From Candidatus Latescibacterota bacterium (GTDB taxonomy: Bacteria; Latescibacterota; UBA2968; UBA8231): DNA of 64,000 nt. Positions 38,039 through 47,064 of this stretch are shown here, piece by piece (the stretch's first letter is position 1; each line of letters starts with the position of its first letter). Where the stretch lies: positions 2,080,001 through 2,144,000 of the forward strand of contig CBDFJF010000002.1 in NCBI GenBank assembly GCA_965248265.1, read 5' to 3'. The translations under genes and the position numbers were made by a program. The notes under the pieces were generated by a model. It saw only the letters and a list, made by a program, of their open reading frames with translations. It did no database searches and was not told where the DNA came from.

Positions 38039-40102
38039 CTAGTACGCTATCCCCACCGTGCGCGCGGCTGTGCTGGAGCGATCGTCGCCCTCTATCTCCA
38101 ACCGCACGATGTAGAGTCCCTGGGGCAGCAGGTCGCCGTGGTCGTCTTTCCCGTCCCAGTTGAGGCCGGTGTAGGGGCCGTTGTCTCCGTTCTGTTCGAA
38201 GATCGTCGCTACGCGCCGGCCGCTGATATCGAAGGCCGCGATCCGGATGTCGGCTCCCAACACGGTGAGCACCTCGAACCTCAGACCCAGGAGGTCGTTG
38301 GCCCCATCGTCGTTGGGCGTCAAGACGGGGTTGTCCAGGGTGAAAGCCCCGATCAGTCCGGTGCTGCTCACCCCCGAGCTCAAGACCGTGACTCCGGAAT
38401 CGAAGGCGGCGTCGTCCTCGTCCAGAAGGGCGGCCTCTCCCGACTGGATCCACTGGAATGCGTCGGTCCCCTCGACGGCCCCTCGGCCACTGAAGTCGTT
38501 GCTGTAGGCGAAGATCCGGGTGACGAAGTGGATCTTCAAAATCGTGTCGTCCTCCTGGATGTGAGGAAAACGCACGGTGAACCCCCCATCGGTGATGGAG
38601 GTGATGGCCGCGTCGCCTTCATCGGTGATATCATTCTGCACGGCGAAGGTGTGGTCCAGGAGGCTCTCGCCGCTGGCGTCTGTGATCTCCAGGCGCTCGA
38701 TGCGCTCGACCGGTCCCGGTGTCGACATCTCGAAGCTGTTGAAGCCCTGGACCTCCTGGCCCTGCATTTGTGCGCGCACCGCGTAGACGAAAGAGACATC
38801 GCGGGCGGCTTCCACGTCGCGGGGGAAGATCTCGGCCACCAGGGCATCCGCCAGCGCGGGTCGGGTGAACTCGAAGGAGACTCCGTTGAGGACGTTTGTG
38901 GAGAACAGCTCTTGGCTCGAGAAGTCGACCTGGAACTGGAGGTAGGTCCTCGGTGCCGGAGAGGTGTTGCGGACACCCGTCGAGCTCACGGCTTGGTCGA
39001 TCGAATACGGCGGGGACCACGGGCTCCAGTTGTCCAGGTCGGCCTCTATGGCCCCGCGCTCCCACGGATCGGCCTGTGTCCCGTCGACGGGCAGGGAGCG
39101 GAACTCCTGCCGGGACATCGGCTCGCCCGGGTTGTCGACGGAGAAGGGGATATCCTCCGCGCTCGGGTTGCCCACCTCCCGCCGGTTGTAGACGAAGGGC
39201 GTTTCGTCGCCGCCCGTGCGCGTGCGGATGGTGACGTCCGTCCGCGTCGAGTCTCCCAGGATGGTCCTGTCCAGATGAATCTGTCCCCAGTTGCTCGGTC
39301 TGCCCAGGTCGACGACGGGCGACAGGTACTGGGCGGTCGGGAAGTACCCATCCCCGAAGATCTGGATCTTCTCGATCTCGAAGGGGATGGCCTCCGAGGC
39401 GCGGAGGCGGATGAAGCGGAGGTACCGGGCTGGATCGAAATCGATGGAGGTCACGGGTTCGGGGTTGTTCGTGACCGTCAGGAACGACTCCCAGGTTCCC
39501 AACGCCGGCGTCCCGGCCTCGTTCAGCTGCACACCGTCGTGGACCCGAAGCTCGAAGTTCCTCAGGTAGTCATTCTGGAACGGTGTGGTGGGAGAGGGAA
39601 AGAACGTGTTTCGGGGGAAGAAGCGAATGAGGCGGACACCGACGGTGGCGCCCATGTCCACGGTGATGAGGGTGCCCAGGACGATGTCCCCCTTGCGCTC
39701 GAAGGCCTCCCCATTCGGGTCCTCGGTCAGGAGGCCTTCCAGGAGCTGCGCCAGCAAGCCGGGGGAAAGATCGTTGGACGTCGGCGAAAGGATGCTGCCG
39801 CCCTCCAGGATCAGCTTGGAGGCCAGGTTCTCCTCCCTGTCCAGCTGCAGGGGCAGCAAGGCTTCCGAATGGTCGGGATGGTCGAGCTCGATGCGCCCGC
39901 CGGGAGCGATGCCGATGTCGGTTGTGGTCGGGTCGAGGGCAGGGACGTACTCCGGCGGGGAAGTGTCGACGTCCTGCAGTCTGGAGACCTCGCCCTCCCA
40001 GGTGACGTTGCCGTCCTGGCCAAAGCGCAGCTCCTCGCCCCCCGACAGGGAAGGCGCCAGAAGGGCCGCCATCCCGAGGATGGAGAGAGTCCGTATCCGC
40101 AC
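38039..40102 (-). CDS. Secreted multidomain protein D1 with C-terminal FlgD-Ig/TPNDDG domain
   Basis: Signal peptide, VDMG..IRFFPRN, SPVVDLG, IRTRTG..WSPWS..YLQF, LTPNDDGAND and WDGKDDHG..PQGLY..VGIAY. Confidence 0.8.
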   Translation of the reverse strand: MRIRTLSILGMAALLAPSLSGGEELRFGQDGNVTWEGEVSRLQDVDTSPPEYVPALDPTTTDIGIAPGGRIELDHPDHSEALLPLQLDREENLASKLILEGGSILSPTSNDLSPGLLAQLLEGLLTEDPNGEAFERKGDIVLGTLITVDMGATVGVRLIRFFPRNTFFPSPTTPFQNDYLRNFELRVHDGVQLNEAGTPALGTWESFLTVTNNPEPVTSIDFDPARYLRFIRLRASEAIPFEIEKIQIFGDGYFPTAQYLSPVVDLGRPSNWGQIHLDRTILGDSTRTDVTIRTRTGGDETPFVYNRREVGNPSAEDIPFSVDNPGEPMSRQEFRSLPVDGTQADPWERGAIEADLDNWSPWSPPYSIDQAVSSTGVRNTSPAPRTYLQFQVDFSSQELFSTNVLNGVSFEFTRPALADALVAEIFPRDVEAARDVSFVYAVRAQMQGQEVQGFNSFEMSTPGPVERIERLEITDASGESLLDHTFAVQNDITDEGDAAITSITDGGFTVRFPHIQEDDTILKIHFVTRIFAYSNDFSGRGAVEGTDAFQWIQSGEAALLDEDDAAFDSGVTVLSSGVSSTGLIGAFTLDNPVLTPNDDGANDLLGLRFEVLTVLGADIRIAAFDISGRRVATIFEQNGDNGPYTGLNWDGKDDHGDLLPQGLYIVRLEIEGDDRSSTAARTVGIAY

Positions 40103-42120
40103 TATCTCAGCTCCCGATCAGTTTTCAGTTTCTCGAACATCAACTCGGCCATGAACTGCATGTCCTCCTCGGCATCCGCGAGCCGATCCTCTCTGCGGTA
40201 GCGGTGGTAGAGCACGTAGGCGTCGTGCGCCTTGTCTTTCTCGCCCAGCTCCTGGTAGATCTTGGTCAGGAAGAAGTAGACCCGGTAGTCCTCCGGCCAC
40301 AGAGAGCGCAGCCGCTCGAAGAGGCCGGCCGCCTCGCGATGGTGCCCCTGAAGAAAGAGCTGCTTGCCGCGAAGGGCCAGGGAATCGGCAGACCGGGGGT
40401 CCTCCCGCAGGATCCGCTGGAGCACCGCTTCGGCCTCCCCGTCCTGGTGATTGCGCATCAGCGCTTCGGCGAGCGCCGAGCCCGCCTCGAGAACGCCCTT
40501 CTCCTCGAACAGGAATCGGTATGCCTCGATCGCCTCGGGGAGCCGGCCGGCCGCGTCGAAGAGGAGGGCCAGGTGCTGATGGAGCTCCTGGCTCTGCGGG
40601 GCCAGCACCGAAGCCTTGCGATACGCCTCGATGCCGCCCTCCAGATCGCCGCTCTTGACCAGGGCAGCCGCCAGCCCCCGCAGCAGGAGTTCCGTCGAAT
40701 CGGCCCCCGCTGCGATCAGCTCGCGGTAGAGGGCGGCGGCTTCCGCAGTCCGCCCCGACTTCATGTACTGCTCAGAGAGGATCTTGCGGGCCCTGTTCTG
40801 GTCGGGCCAGCGCTCCAGGAGGCGCTCGAAAAGGCTCGCGGCGCGCACATTGTCACCCCCGGCCAGGTAGCGATCGGCCAGGACGTAGTAAGCATCGCGG
40901 TTATCCGGATCCAGGGCGACGGTCTCTTCGAACTCTCGCAGCGCGTTGACCTGCAGGCCGAGCTGCTCGAAGGCAATTCCGAGCCAGTGATGCTGGCGGG
41001 CTCGGCCCGCCTGCCCCGCGCTTGGGGCGCTGAGGCCGGCCGCGAGCACGAGGAAGACGGCGCACGCAGCCAAACCCCGACGCCGGGGAAGGACCGGTAG
41101 CGCCGCAACGCCGGCTGCAGCCAGGATCAGCAGCACCGGAACCCCTGGGGCGCGCGTGGCCGAATCGACGGGGAACAGCAGTGCCTGGGCCGTGAAACAG
41201 GTGACGAACAGGAGCAGGGCGGTCTCCGCCGGACCGCGCCGCGCCCGCAGGCGTGAAACCGCGCCGAGCAGCGCGGCGGGCGCCACGAGGCCGAAGGGGA
41301 AGGCCAGCCCCCGATCCCACATGAGCGCCGAAAGCAGCGCGGAATGCTGGCGCCCGTAATAGGGATCGAGCTCGGCCAGGAACTCGCTTCCCTGCCACAG
41401 GGCGTAGAGTCGACTGAAGGCCGCTCCCGCACCGGCTTCGAGGGGTGCTGCCGGTGTCCACGCCGTCCACAGGAAGGCGGCGACGACGGGAGCCAGGGCG
41501 CCCAGGGCCAGGGAGAGGGGCGCGCGGCCCGTTATCCGCTCTCGTTGCAGCAGGAGCCAGAGCACGGTGCCGAGGACGAAGAGGCAAACCCACCACTCGG
41601 TCAGTACTGCCAACCCCAGCAGCAAACCGGCTAGCCAGAGGCGATCTCCACCGAGGGAGAGGGTGCGCGTCAAGAGGACCAGACCGGCGAGGACGAGAGT
41701 CGTCGCCAGCACCGGGGGCTGCAGCTCCGCGGAAAAGTAGATGGACGGCCCGTAGAGGGCGGCCGCCAGGCCGGCGGCAAGGGCCACCCGGGCAGAGAAG
41801 AGACCGCGCGCCAGCGACCACGCCAGGACACAGTTGCAGGCCCCCAGGAATACCTGGGTACCCCTGATCAGAGCATGATTCCCGGCGGCCGCACCCGAGG
41901 CATCGCCGAGTCCCAGGGCTCCCGCCAGCAGCACGTCGTACATCGACGCAAACCCGGACGGGCCTCCCGCGGCGCGTTCGAGATGGCCGATCGCGTCGGC
42001 GACGGGAACATTCCACAGGATATGGTCTCCGGCCTCGTGGACGTAGGTCCACCGGGTCGTCAAACTCAGGGCGAAGACGGCGGCCGCCTCGGCGACGGGC
42101 CGGTTGTCCTGCACGGGCAA
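40102..42120 (-). CDS. GT-C-like membrane protein with TPR array (cassette copy 1)
   Basis: TM region homologous to the 26712 gene (LYGPSIYF, LDPYY..GLAFPFG) and a TPR C-terminal half. Stop overlaps the D1 start. Confidence 0.8.
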   Translation of the reverse strand: MPVQDNRPVAEAAAVFALSLTTRWTYVHEAGDHILWNVPVADAIGHLERAAGGPSGFASMYDVLLAGALGLGDASGAAAGNHALIRGTQVFLGACNCVLAWSLARGLFSARVALAAGLAAALYGPSIYFSAELQPPVLATTLVLAGLVLLTRTLSLGGDRLWLAGLLLGLAVLTEWWVCLFVLGTVLWLLLQRERITGRAPLSLALGALAPVVAAFLWTAWTPAAPLEAGAGAAFSRLYALWQGSEFLAELDPYYGRQHSALLSALMWDRGLAFPFGLVAPAALLGAVSRLRARRGPAETALLLFVTCFTAQALLFPVDSATRAPGVPVLLILAAAGVAALPVLPRRRGLAACAVFLVLAAGLSAPSAGQAGRARQHHWLGIAFEQLGLQVNALREFEETVALDPDNRDAYYVLADRYLAGGDNVRAASLFERLLERWPDQNRARKILSEQYMKSGRTAEAAALYRELIAAGADSTELLLRGLAAALVKSGDLEGGIEAYRKASVLAPQSQELHQHLALLFDAAGRLPEAIEAYRFLFEEKGVLEAGSALAEALMRNHQDGEAEAVLQRILREDPRSADSLALRGKQLFLQGHHREAAGLFERLRSLWPEDYRVYFFLTKIYQELGEKDKAHDAYVLYHRYRREDRLADAEEDMQFMAELMFEKLKTDRELR

Positions 42121-42125
42121 AGCAG

Positions 42126-44798
42126 CTACTCCAGACCGGCGTAGATGGTGACGAAGAACTGGTTGGTCGTCCTCGATTCTCGTTCCTTGAAGTCCTGGTG
42201 CTCGACCGAGGCCCCCAAGAGGGAGCGCATGCGGTAACCTAGATAGTTGGAATCGGTGATGAACTGCAGCGCCACCGTCAGAGAGTTGAAATCCAGCGCG
42301 TCGTCCTCGAGGTCATTGGAGTACAGGTACTCGACACCCGTCTGGACCTTCGACCCCGACAGGACCCTGGTCTCGACGAGGGTCGCCAGCATCTCGCTGA
42401 CACGCGATTGCCTGACGGCGCTGAAGAGCCCGCGGGTCTGGCGAGTGTACTCGCTCTTCCAGCGGGGCTCGAAGAGGAACCGCCCGATCTGGCGCCGGTA
42501 GCTCACCTTGTCCACCACTCCGAAAAAGTAGTCGATACCGCGAAGACCCAGCTCGTCGCGGCGTTCGCCGGACATGCGCTGGTTGTAGTAACTGTGGCTT
42601 ACCTTGTTGACGACCAGCCATGGACCCTGCTGCAGTGAATGCCCGACGAAGGCCTGACTGATCCACGTGTCCCGCGCCAGGAGGGGATCGGCCAGGCGCA
42701 CGAGCTCGCCGCCGCGCAGGCTGTTGTCGGGGGCCCACTGCAGGAGGAGATCGGGAATGTCGTCCTTCACCTGCTGGCCCATCCAGAACGTCCGCAGGCG
42801 GCCGAAGCGCGGCGAGTCGGAATCGATCGTCACCAGGGCGTAATTGCTGTGGTTCCTCTTGTCATCGGAGATCAGCTCTTCCCGCAGCATGCCAACCGAA
42901 AGGGTGACTTCCGGAGTGACGTCGACGCCGCCGTAGACATTGTATCCCTCGCGGTCTCTCTTGTAGGGAAAGTCGGGTTCCTCGTCGTTCTCGTATTGAT
43001 CCACCCAGAAGTTGTGGTTCATGTCGACGCCGAAGAGGAACTCGGGGCGCTCGACGCCGAAACGCAGGAAGGCCTCTTCGTAGTCGGGGATGTTGTTGGC
43101 GCGTATCCGGTTGTCGTTCTGGTTGAAGTCCGGTACGAAATCGTTGTTCGAGTCCCACCCCGGGAAGGTCTCGTCGTCCCCCTGGAGCCAGTCCTGGCGC
43201 ACCGTGTCCGGGGTGCGGTCGTGGTCGTCGTTGTCGTCCACGAACTCCCACCCGAAGAAACGGAGATCGTCGTAGTCTATGATGCCCCGGCGACCGGTGA
43301 CGTAGGTGGACGTGTTGTAATCCGGGTCCATGCTGTAGACCTCGCCGAAGGCAAACCACGGTTCGCTCTGCTGACTGATGTTCATCATCCAGGCGGGGGC
43401 GCTCTTGGCGCCGTCGATGCCGGAGGTGGAGTGATGGGTTTCCTCATCGGAGTTGGGGTACTTGCGATAGCTCCAGCTGCGGTCGTACTCGCCGTAAAAG
43501 TCGAAGCCGAAGGGGCTGCGGATCTCCAGGCTGGCGCCGGCGACATGGGTGGCCGTCGGCAGTCCGTAGTCGAAGCGCACGGTGCGCAGGTTGGTGAGAT
43601 CGCGGACATTGCCCTCGGCCTGGGTCACGAGGAGCAGCACGGGCTGGTCGTCGTCGTCGGTCTGCTGGTCCGAGGTGACCCATACCTGGTAGTCGTTCCC
43701 CAGCTGGAGCTGCAACTGGACCGAGACGATCTCCGTCTTGGCAAAACTCGCCCGGTCGAGAAAATCGGGACTGTCGAAGTCGTAGATCAGGACCATCTCT
43801 TCAGCGCCGTCGGCGGCGATGAAGCCCTGCCGCACGAAACCGCCCTCGATGACAGGTTCGAAGCCGATCTCGCGGCCCCGCTCCACGGTGCCGTCCTGAT
43901 AGGTGATGATGATGTCGGACCCGGCCGGAAAATAGGCAGCTCCCCCCTCACCGTCTTCGGGCGAATCGTCACGCAGCACGAGCTGGATGAAACCGACGTA
44001 CTCGTTCTGGGCCACGGTCAGCTCCCCGGCGAAGGGGTTCCAGCTCGTCTTGTCGCGCAAAGTGTTCGAGTGGTGGGAGTTGACAGCGTGGACGCCCACC
44101 TTGACGTAGTCGCCAACCATGCCGGTGACCCGCCCGCCGAGCAGCGTGGTGTTGTTCGTGTTCTGGACCTCCCGGTCGGCTGTGGTGTTGCCGCCCTGGC
44201 TACTGATGCGGGAGTACAGCATCGTGGCCTCCATCCGGTCGGTGGCCAGGTCGACCTGCATTCCGTTGAAGCGGGGCTTGGAGAACACCATCGGCGTCAG
44301 CGTCGTGCGCAACCGGTCGCTGATGCTCATGGAGTAGCGGTACTGGCCCTTCTGGTCATGGACGACGACGAGGCCCGAAAACCAGTCGCGGAAGCGGGAG
44401 GACTTGAGCAGCGTGTTGCCGAACTGCTGTGGTGTAGTCTGCGAGTTGTTGAAGATCAGCCAGCCCCGAGTCAGGAAGTTGCCGTAGATGTCGTAGAAGT
44501 AGTCGCCTTCCAGGGACGTCTCCACGTAGCGCTGGTACTGGTCGCGCGCGTAGTTGGTGTACTCCCACTGGCGCCACTGATAGTCGTTGTACAGCTCGTC
44601 CGGCAGGTACCACTTGCGCACCGCCGGGTCGATGGCATTCAGCAGCACCCCGGGCCCCTGGGGCGCGTAGCTGTACTCGTGACCTCGGACCAGGCCCAGA
44701 CGAGAGCCGTAATCCTCCTGTCCTGCCACCGGCAGGAGACCGACGCAAAGCAGGCCGAAGAGACCGAGGCCACCAACCAATCTGTCCTGTAGAGTCAT
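42126..44798 (-). CDS. Large secreted protein C2-1, putative outer-membrane beta-barrel ('YAGLE' family)
   Basis: Start at ATG 44798. Signal peptide ..VAG-QEDYGSRLG, full-length paralog of C1, ending FFVTIYAGLE. Confidence 0.7.
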   Translation of the reverse strand: MTLQDRLVGGLGLFGLLCVGLLPVAGQEDYGSRLGLVRGHEYSYAPQGPGVLLNAIDPAVRKWYLPDELYNDYQWRQWEYTNYARDQYQRYVETSLEGDYFYDIYGNFLTRGWLIFNNSQTTPQQFGNTLLKSSRFRDWFSGLVVVHDQKGQYRYSMSISDRLRTTLTPMVFSKPRFNGMQVDLATDRMEATMLYSRISSQGGNTTADREVQNTNNTTLLGGRVTGMVGDYVKVGVHAVNSHHSNTLRDKTSWNPFAGELTVAQNEYVGFIQLVLRDDSPEDGEGGAAYFPAGSDIIITYQDGTVERGREIGFEPVIEGGFVRQGFIAADGAEEMVLIYDFDSPDFLDRASFAKTEIVSVQLQLQLGNDYQVWVTSDQQTDDDDQPVLLLVTQAEGNVRDLTNLRTVRFDYGLPTATHVAGASLEIRSPFGFDFYGEYDRSWSYRKYPNSDEETHHSTSGIDGAKSAPAWMMNISQQSEPWFAFGEVYSMDPDYNTSTYVTGRRGIIDYDDLRFFGWEFVDDNDDHDRTPDTVRQDWLQGDDETFPGWDSNNDFVPDFNQNDNRIRANNIPDYEEAFLRFGVERPEFLFGVDMNHNFWVDQYENDEEPDFPYKRDREGYNVYGGVDVTPEVTLSVGMLREELISDDKRNHSNYALVTIDSDSPRFGRLRTFWMGQQVKDDIPDLLLQWAPDNSLRGGELVRLADPLLARDTWISQAFVGHSLQQGPWLVVNKVSHSYYNQRMSGERRDELGLRGIDYFFGVVDKVSYRRQIGRFLFEPRWKSEYTRQTRGLFSAVRQSRVSEMLATLVETRVLSGSKVQTGVEYLYSNDLEDDALDFNSLTVALQFITDSNYLGYRMRSLLGASVEHQDFKERESRTTNQFFVTIYAGLE

Positions 44799-44823
44799 CG
44801 ACAGGCTCCCGTGCGAAAAGGCA

Positions 44824-44846
44824 AGTCCGGCAAGGACAGCCGGACT
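44824..44846 (-). terminator. Intergenic hairpin between PpiC and C2-1 (weak terminator or processing site)
   Basis: AGTCCGGC-N7-GCCGGACT, followed on the minus strand by TGCCTTTT. Confidence 0.4.
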
Positions 44847-44856
44847 CCGCTCATTT

Positions 44857-46572
44857 TTACTGTTCTGCGTGCCGCTGTTCCAGCTGCTCGTCAAAGACGG
44901 CGATCCGGCCTTCGTACTGCTCCCGCAACGACCGGAAGAGGGCGTCCGTAAGCTTCTGCTTCTCCTTGGAGCGCATTACATATTCGACCGACTTCCGCGC
45001 CTCGTCGAAGGGCTTTATGCGGCTCTCCGAGTGCTCGAGGACGCGAAAAACAGAATAACTCTCCGGCTCCTCCAGGTAAACCGGACCGACGAGCTCGCCG
45101 ACCGGCGCCGCGAAGGCGGCCTCGGCAAGCTCGGGATAGGCACCGGCGCGGTGGTGATGGATCGTCATCCGACCACCATTCCGGTGTCTGCCGTACGAGG
45201 CGACAAGGGGGTTGGCGCTGAAGATCTCCTCGAAGGAGCCCCCCGCCTCGAGCTCGGCGCGCCAACGCCTGGCCGTGGAGTCGGCCTTGGCGTGTACCTC
45301 CTGGACACGGAGCACCTCCCCCGCCCGAAACTTTTCCTGGTTGTTTTCGTAGTAATCGCGCATTTCCCTTTCGGAGAAGGAAATGCGGTCATCCGATTCG
45401 GTCTTGACGAGGAGGTCGATCATGAAACCCCGGTGCTTGCGGTCGCGCCAATCGAAGAAGCCCTCCTCCTTGACCCAACCCAGGTCGTGCGCGGCCATCA
45501 CGAAGAGCTTCGGAAACAGGAGCCGGTTCTCGGCCACGTGGACGATCATCGAGCTGTCGCCCACGGCCGAGTTTCCCATCTCCTCGCGAACCCGGACGAT
45601 GAAATCTCCCGCCGTTATGGTGTCGCCGTCGGCGAAGGAGTACAGCGGCTGGGCGGCCTCCTCCTCGGTCAGATCCGGGCGGCGCTCCGAATGTCGCTGT
45701 ATCAGGGCCCGGAATCCCTCGGGATGGGAGCGGGCGCCGTACTTCTGTCCGAGGACCTCGGCCTCCTCGTTGGTCCGGCGCCACCACTGTTCTTGCCTGA
45801 CTATCTTGGAGAGATCACCCTCGTAGTCCTGGATGTTGGCTTCCCTGTCCTCTTCGAAGCGGACAATCCACCAGACGCCGGGCGACAGTTTTATGAGCAG
45901 CGGCTCGTTCAGGGAGAGGGAGCGGAACTCGTCGGGCGGTATCCGCAGTTTCTTGAGGCCCGTCAATCCCACCCAGGCAACCTTTCCGGAGTCGTCGGCG
46001 CGGGGGTCGCTCTCCCCGTGTTCCTCGAGCACCTCGGCGAAGGGCCTGCCTTGCTCGATCTGCGCGAGCACGGCGCGGGCCTCCCTCTCGGTGCCCTTGA
46101 GGCGGATGCGGCTGACGAGGCGTTCCCGGTCGAAGCCCATGTCGTGAAAGGCGCTCTCGATCTCGGTGGGGGTGATCGCGATCTTGGAGTTGACGAACTG
46201 ACCCTCGTAACGCAGGTAGAAGCGGTGACGCACGGCCGTCTCCAGCTGGTGCGTGACCACGGAACTGGTGTCCAGGCCGCGGGATCTGGCTTCCTGAACG
46301 AGCAGCTCCTGGTCGATCATGGACTCGAGATAGTCCCGGTCCGCCTCGACCCCCTCCTTGTCGCTGAGCAGGTCCAGCGACACCCGGCCGACGAAGACGT
46401 CGAGTTGAGATGCCGTGATCTCCGTGTCGCCCACCTTGGCGAGGACCGGATCGTCCGGGCCGCAACCGCCGAGGAAGAGGAGCAGCAGCAGAGAGGTCGC
46501 GAAGGGGACGGTGAGTTTTCTGACCTCGCGGCTAGCGCCAGGGGTGAGGCGTGTGACGGGGCAGACGGTCAT
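44857..46572 (-). CDS. PpiC-type peptidyl-prolyl isomerase lipoprotein heading cassette copy 1
   Basis: Lipobox LGGC-GPDDPVLAKVGDTEIT, colinear with 9638..11314. True start may be downstream of 46572. Confidence 0.85.
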   Translation of the reverse strand: MTVCPVTRLTPGASREVRKLTVPFATSLLLLLFLGGCGPDDPVLAKVGDTEITASQLDVFVGRVSLDLLSDKEGVEADRDYLESMIDQELLVQEARSRGLDTSSVVTHQLETAVRHRFYLRYEGQFVNSKIAITPTEIESAFHDMGFDRERLVSRIRLKGTEREARAVLAQIEQGRPFAEVLEEHGESDPRADDSGKVAWVGLTGLKKLRIPPDEFRSLSLNEPLLIKLSPGVWWIVRFEEDREANIQDYEGDLSKIVRQEQWWRRTNEEAEVLGQKYGARSHPEGFRALIQRHSERRPDLTEEEAAQPLYSFADGDTITAGDFIVRVREEMGNSAVGDSSMIVHVAENRLLFPKLFVMAAHDLGWVKEEGFFDWRDRKHRGFMIDLLVKTESDDRISFSEREMRDYYENNQEKFRAGEVLRVQEVHAKADSTARRWRAELEAGGSFEEIFSANPLVASYGRHRNGGRMTIHHHRAGAYPELAEAAFAAPVGELVGPVYLEEPESYSVFRVLEHSESRIKPFDEARKSVEYVMRSKEKQKLTDALFRSLREQYEGRIAVFDEQLEQRHAEQ

Positions 46573-46899
46573 TGCAGAGTTGCTTCCGGTGAAGATGAGG
46601 CCCAGCCGGGCAGGACCCCTGCCAGCTTCAGAGTGCGAATCAGTAGGGTCTCGGAGCGCTAAATCAGCCCTCTTAGGAGGGTGGCCGGACCCAGCGGGTC
46701 ACAATCTACGCAATTTCGAACGCGTGGGGAACCCCTTTTTTTATGGACCCGGCGGGCGCTATCGCGACCCCATCGACATTCCGTCTACGCGTCAGATAGC
46801 GAAGGTCATGATGCTCTGCGTGCGCTTGTCTTTGCCGCGTTGGTGCATGGCTCCTCTCTGCTTGACAGCGCCAATGCGTCCTGGCGATCCTACTCCTTC

Positions 46900-47064
46900 G
46901 TTGATTGCTACTCAAGGAGAAGCGCCTATGGCACACGTGCGCTTGCTGCAGCAACGGGCAGGGGTCGCCAGCGCGCACATCGAGAGGTGGCAGTGTTCCA
47001 TGAGCAGATGGGCATGACAGAAGAAGTCAAAGCTGCCTTCGAGCGGGCGACCTTCCTACAGTGA
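46900..47064 (+). pseudogene. Frameshifted 3' remnant of a GT-C/TPR gene similar to 26712..28673
   Basis: 'MAHVRLLQQRAG..' plus, in another frame, 'HREVAVFHEQMGMTEEVKAAFERATFLQ*' resembles 'LVQVRALEERAR..LRAVGALYRQLGMAQEAAAAFERASRLE*'. Its stop overlaps the next start (GTGA). Confidence 0.5.

Noticed and set aside
29874-40102. FlgD-like domains as flagellar hook-cap genes
   Set aside because: Only the C-terminal Ig-like module is present, on large Sec-signal proteins, and there are no flagellar genes nearby.
35302-44798. YAGLE proteins as SusC/TonB-dependent receptors or BamA
   Set aside because: No recognisable plug or TonB-box motifs, no POTRA or VRGY motif, no terminal Phe, and no SusD-like lipoprotein neighbour.
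38138-46662. Long plus-strand ORFs (38138..40201, 42639..44792, 44869..46662) and similar antisense ORFs elsewhere (e.g. 16685..18598, 23979..25859)
   Set aside because: They mirror well-supported genes on the opposite strand and have no recognisable motifs. Such shadow ORFs are expected from GC-rich codon bias.
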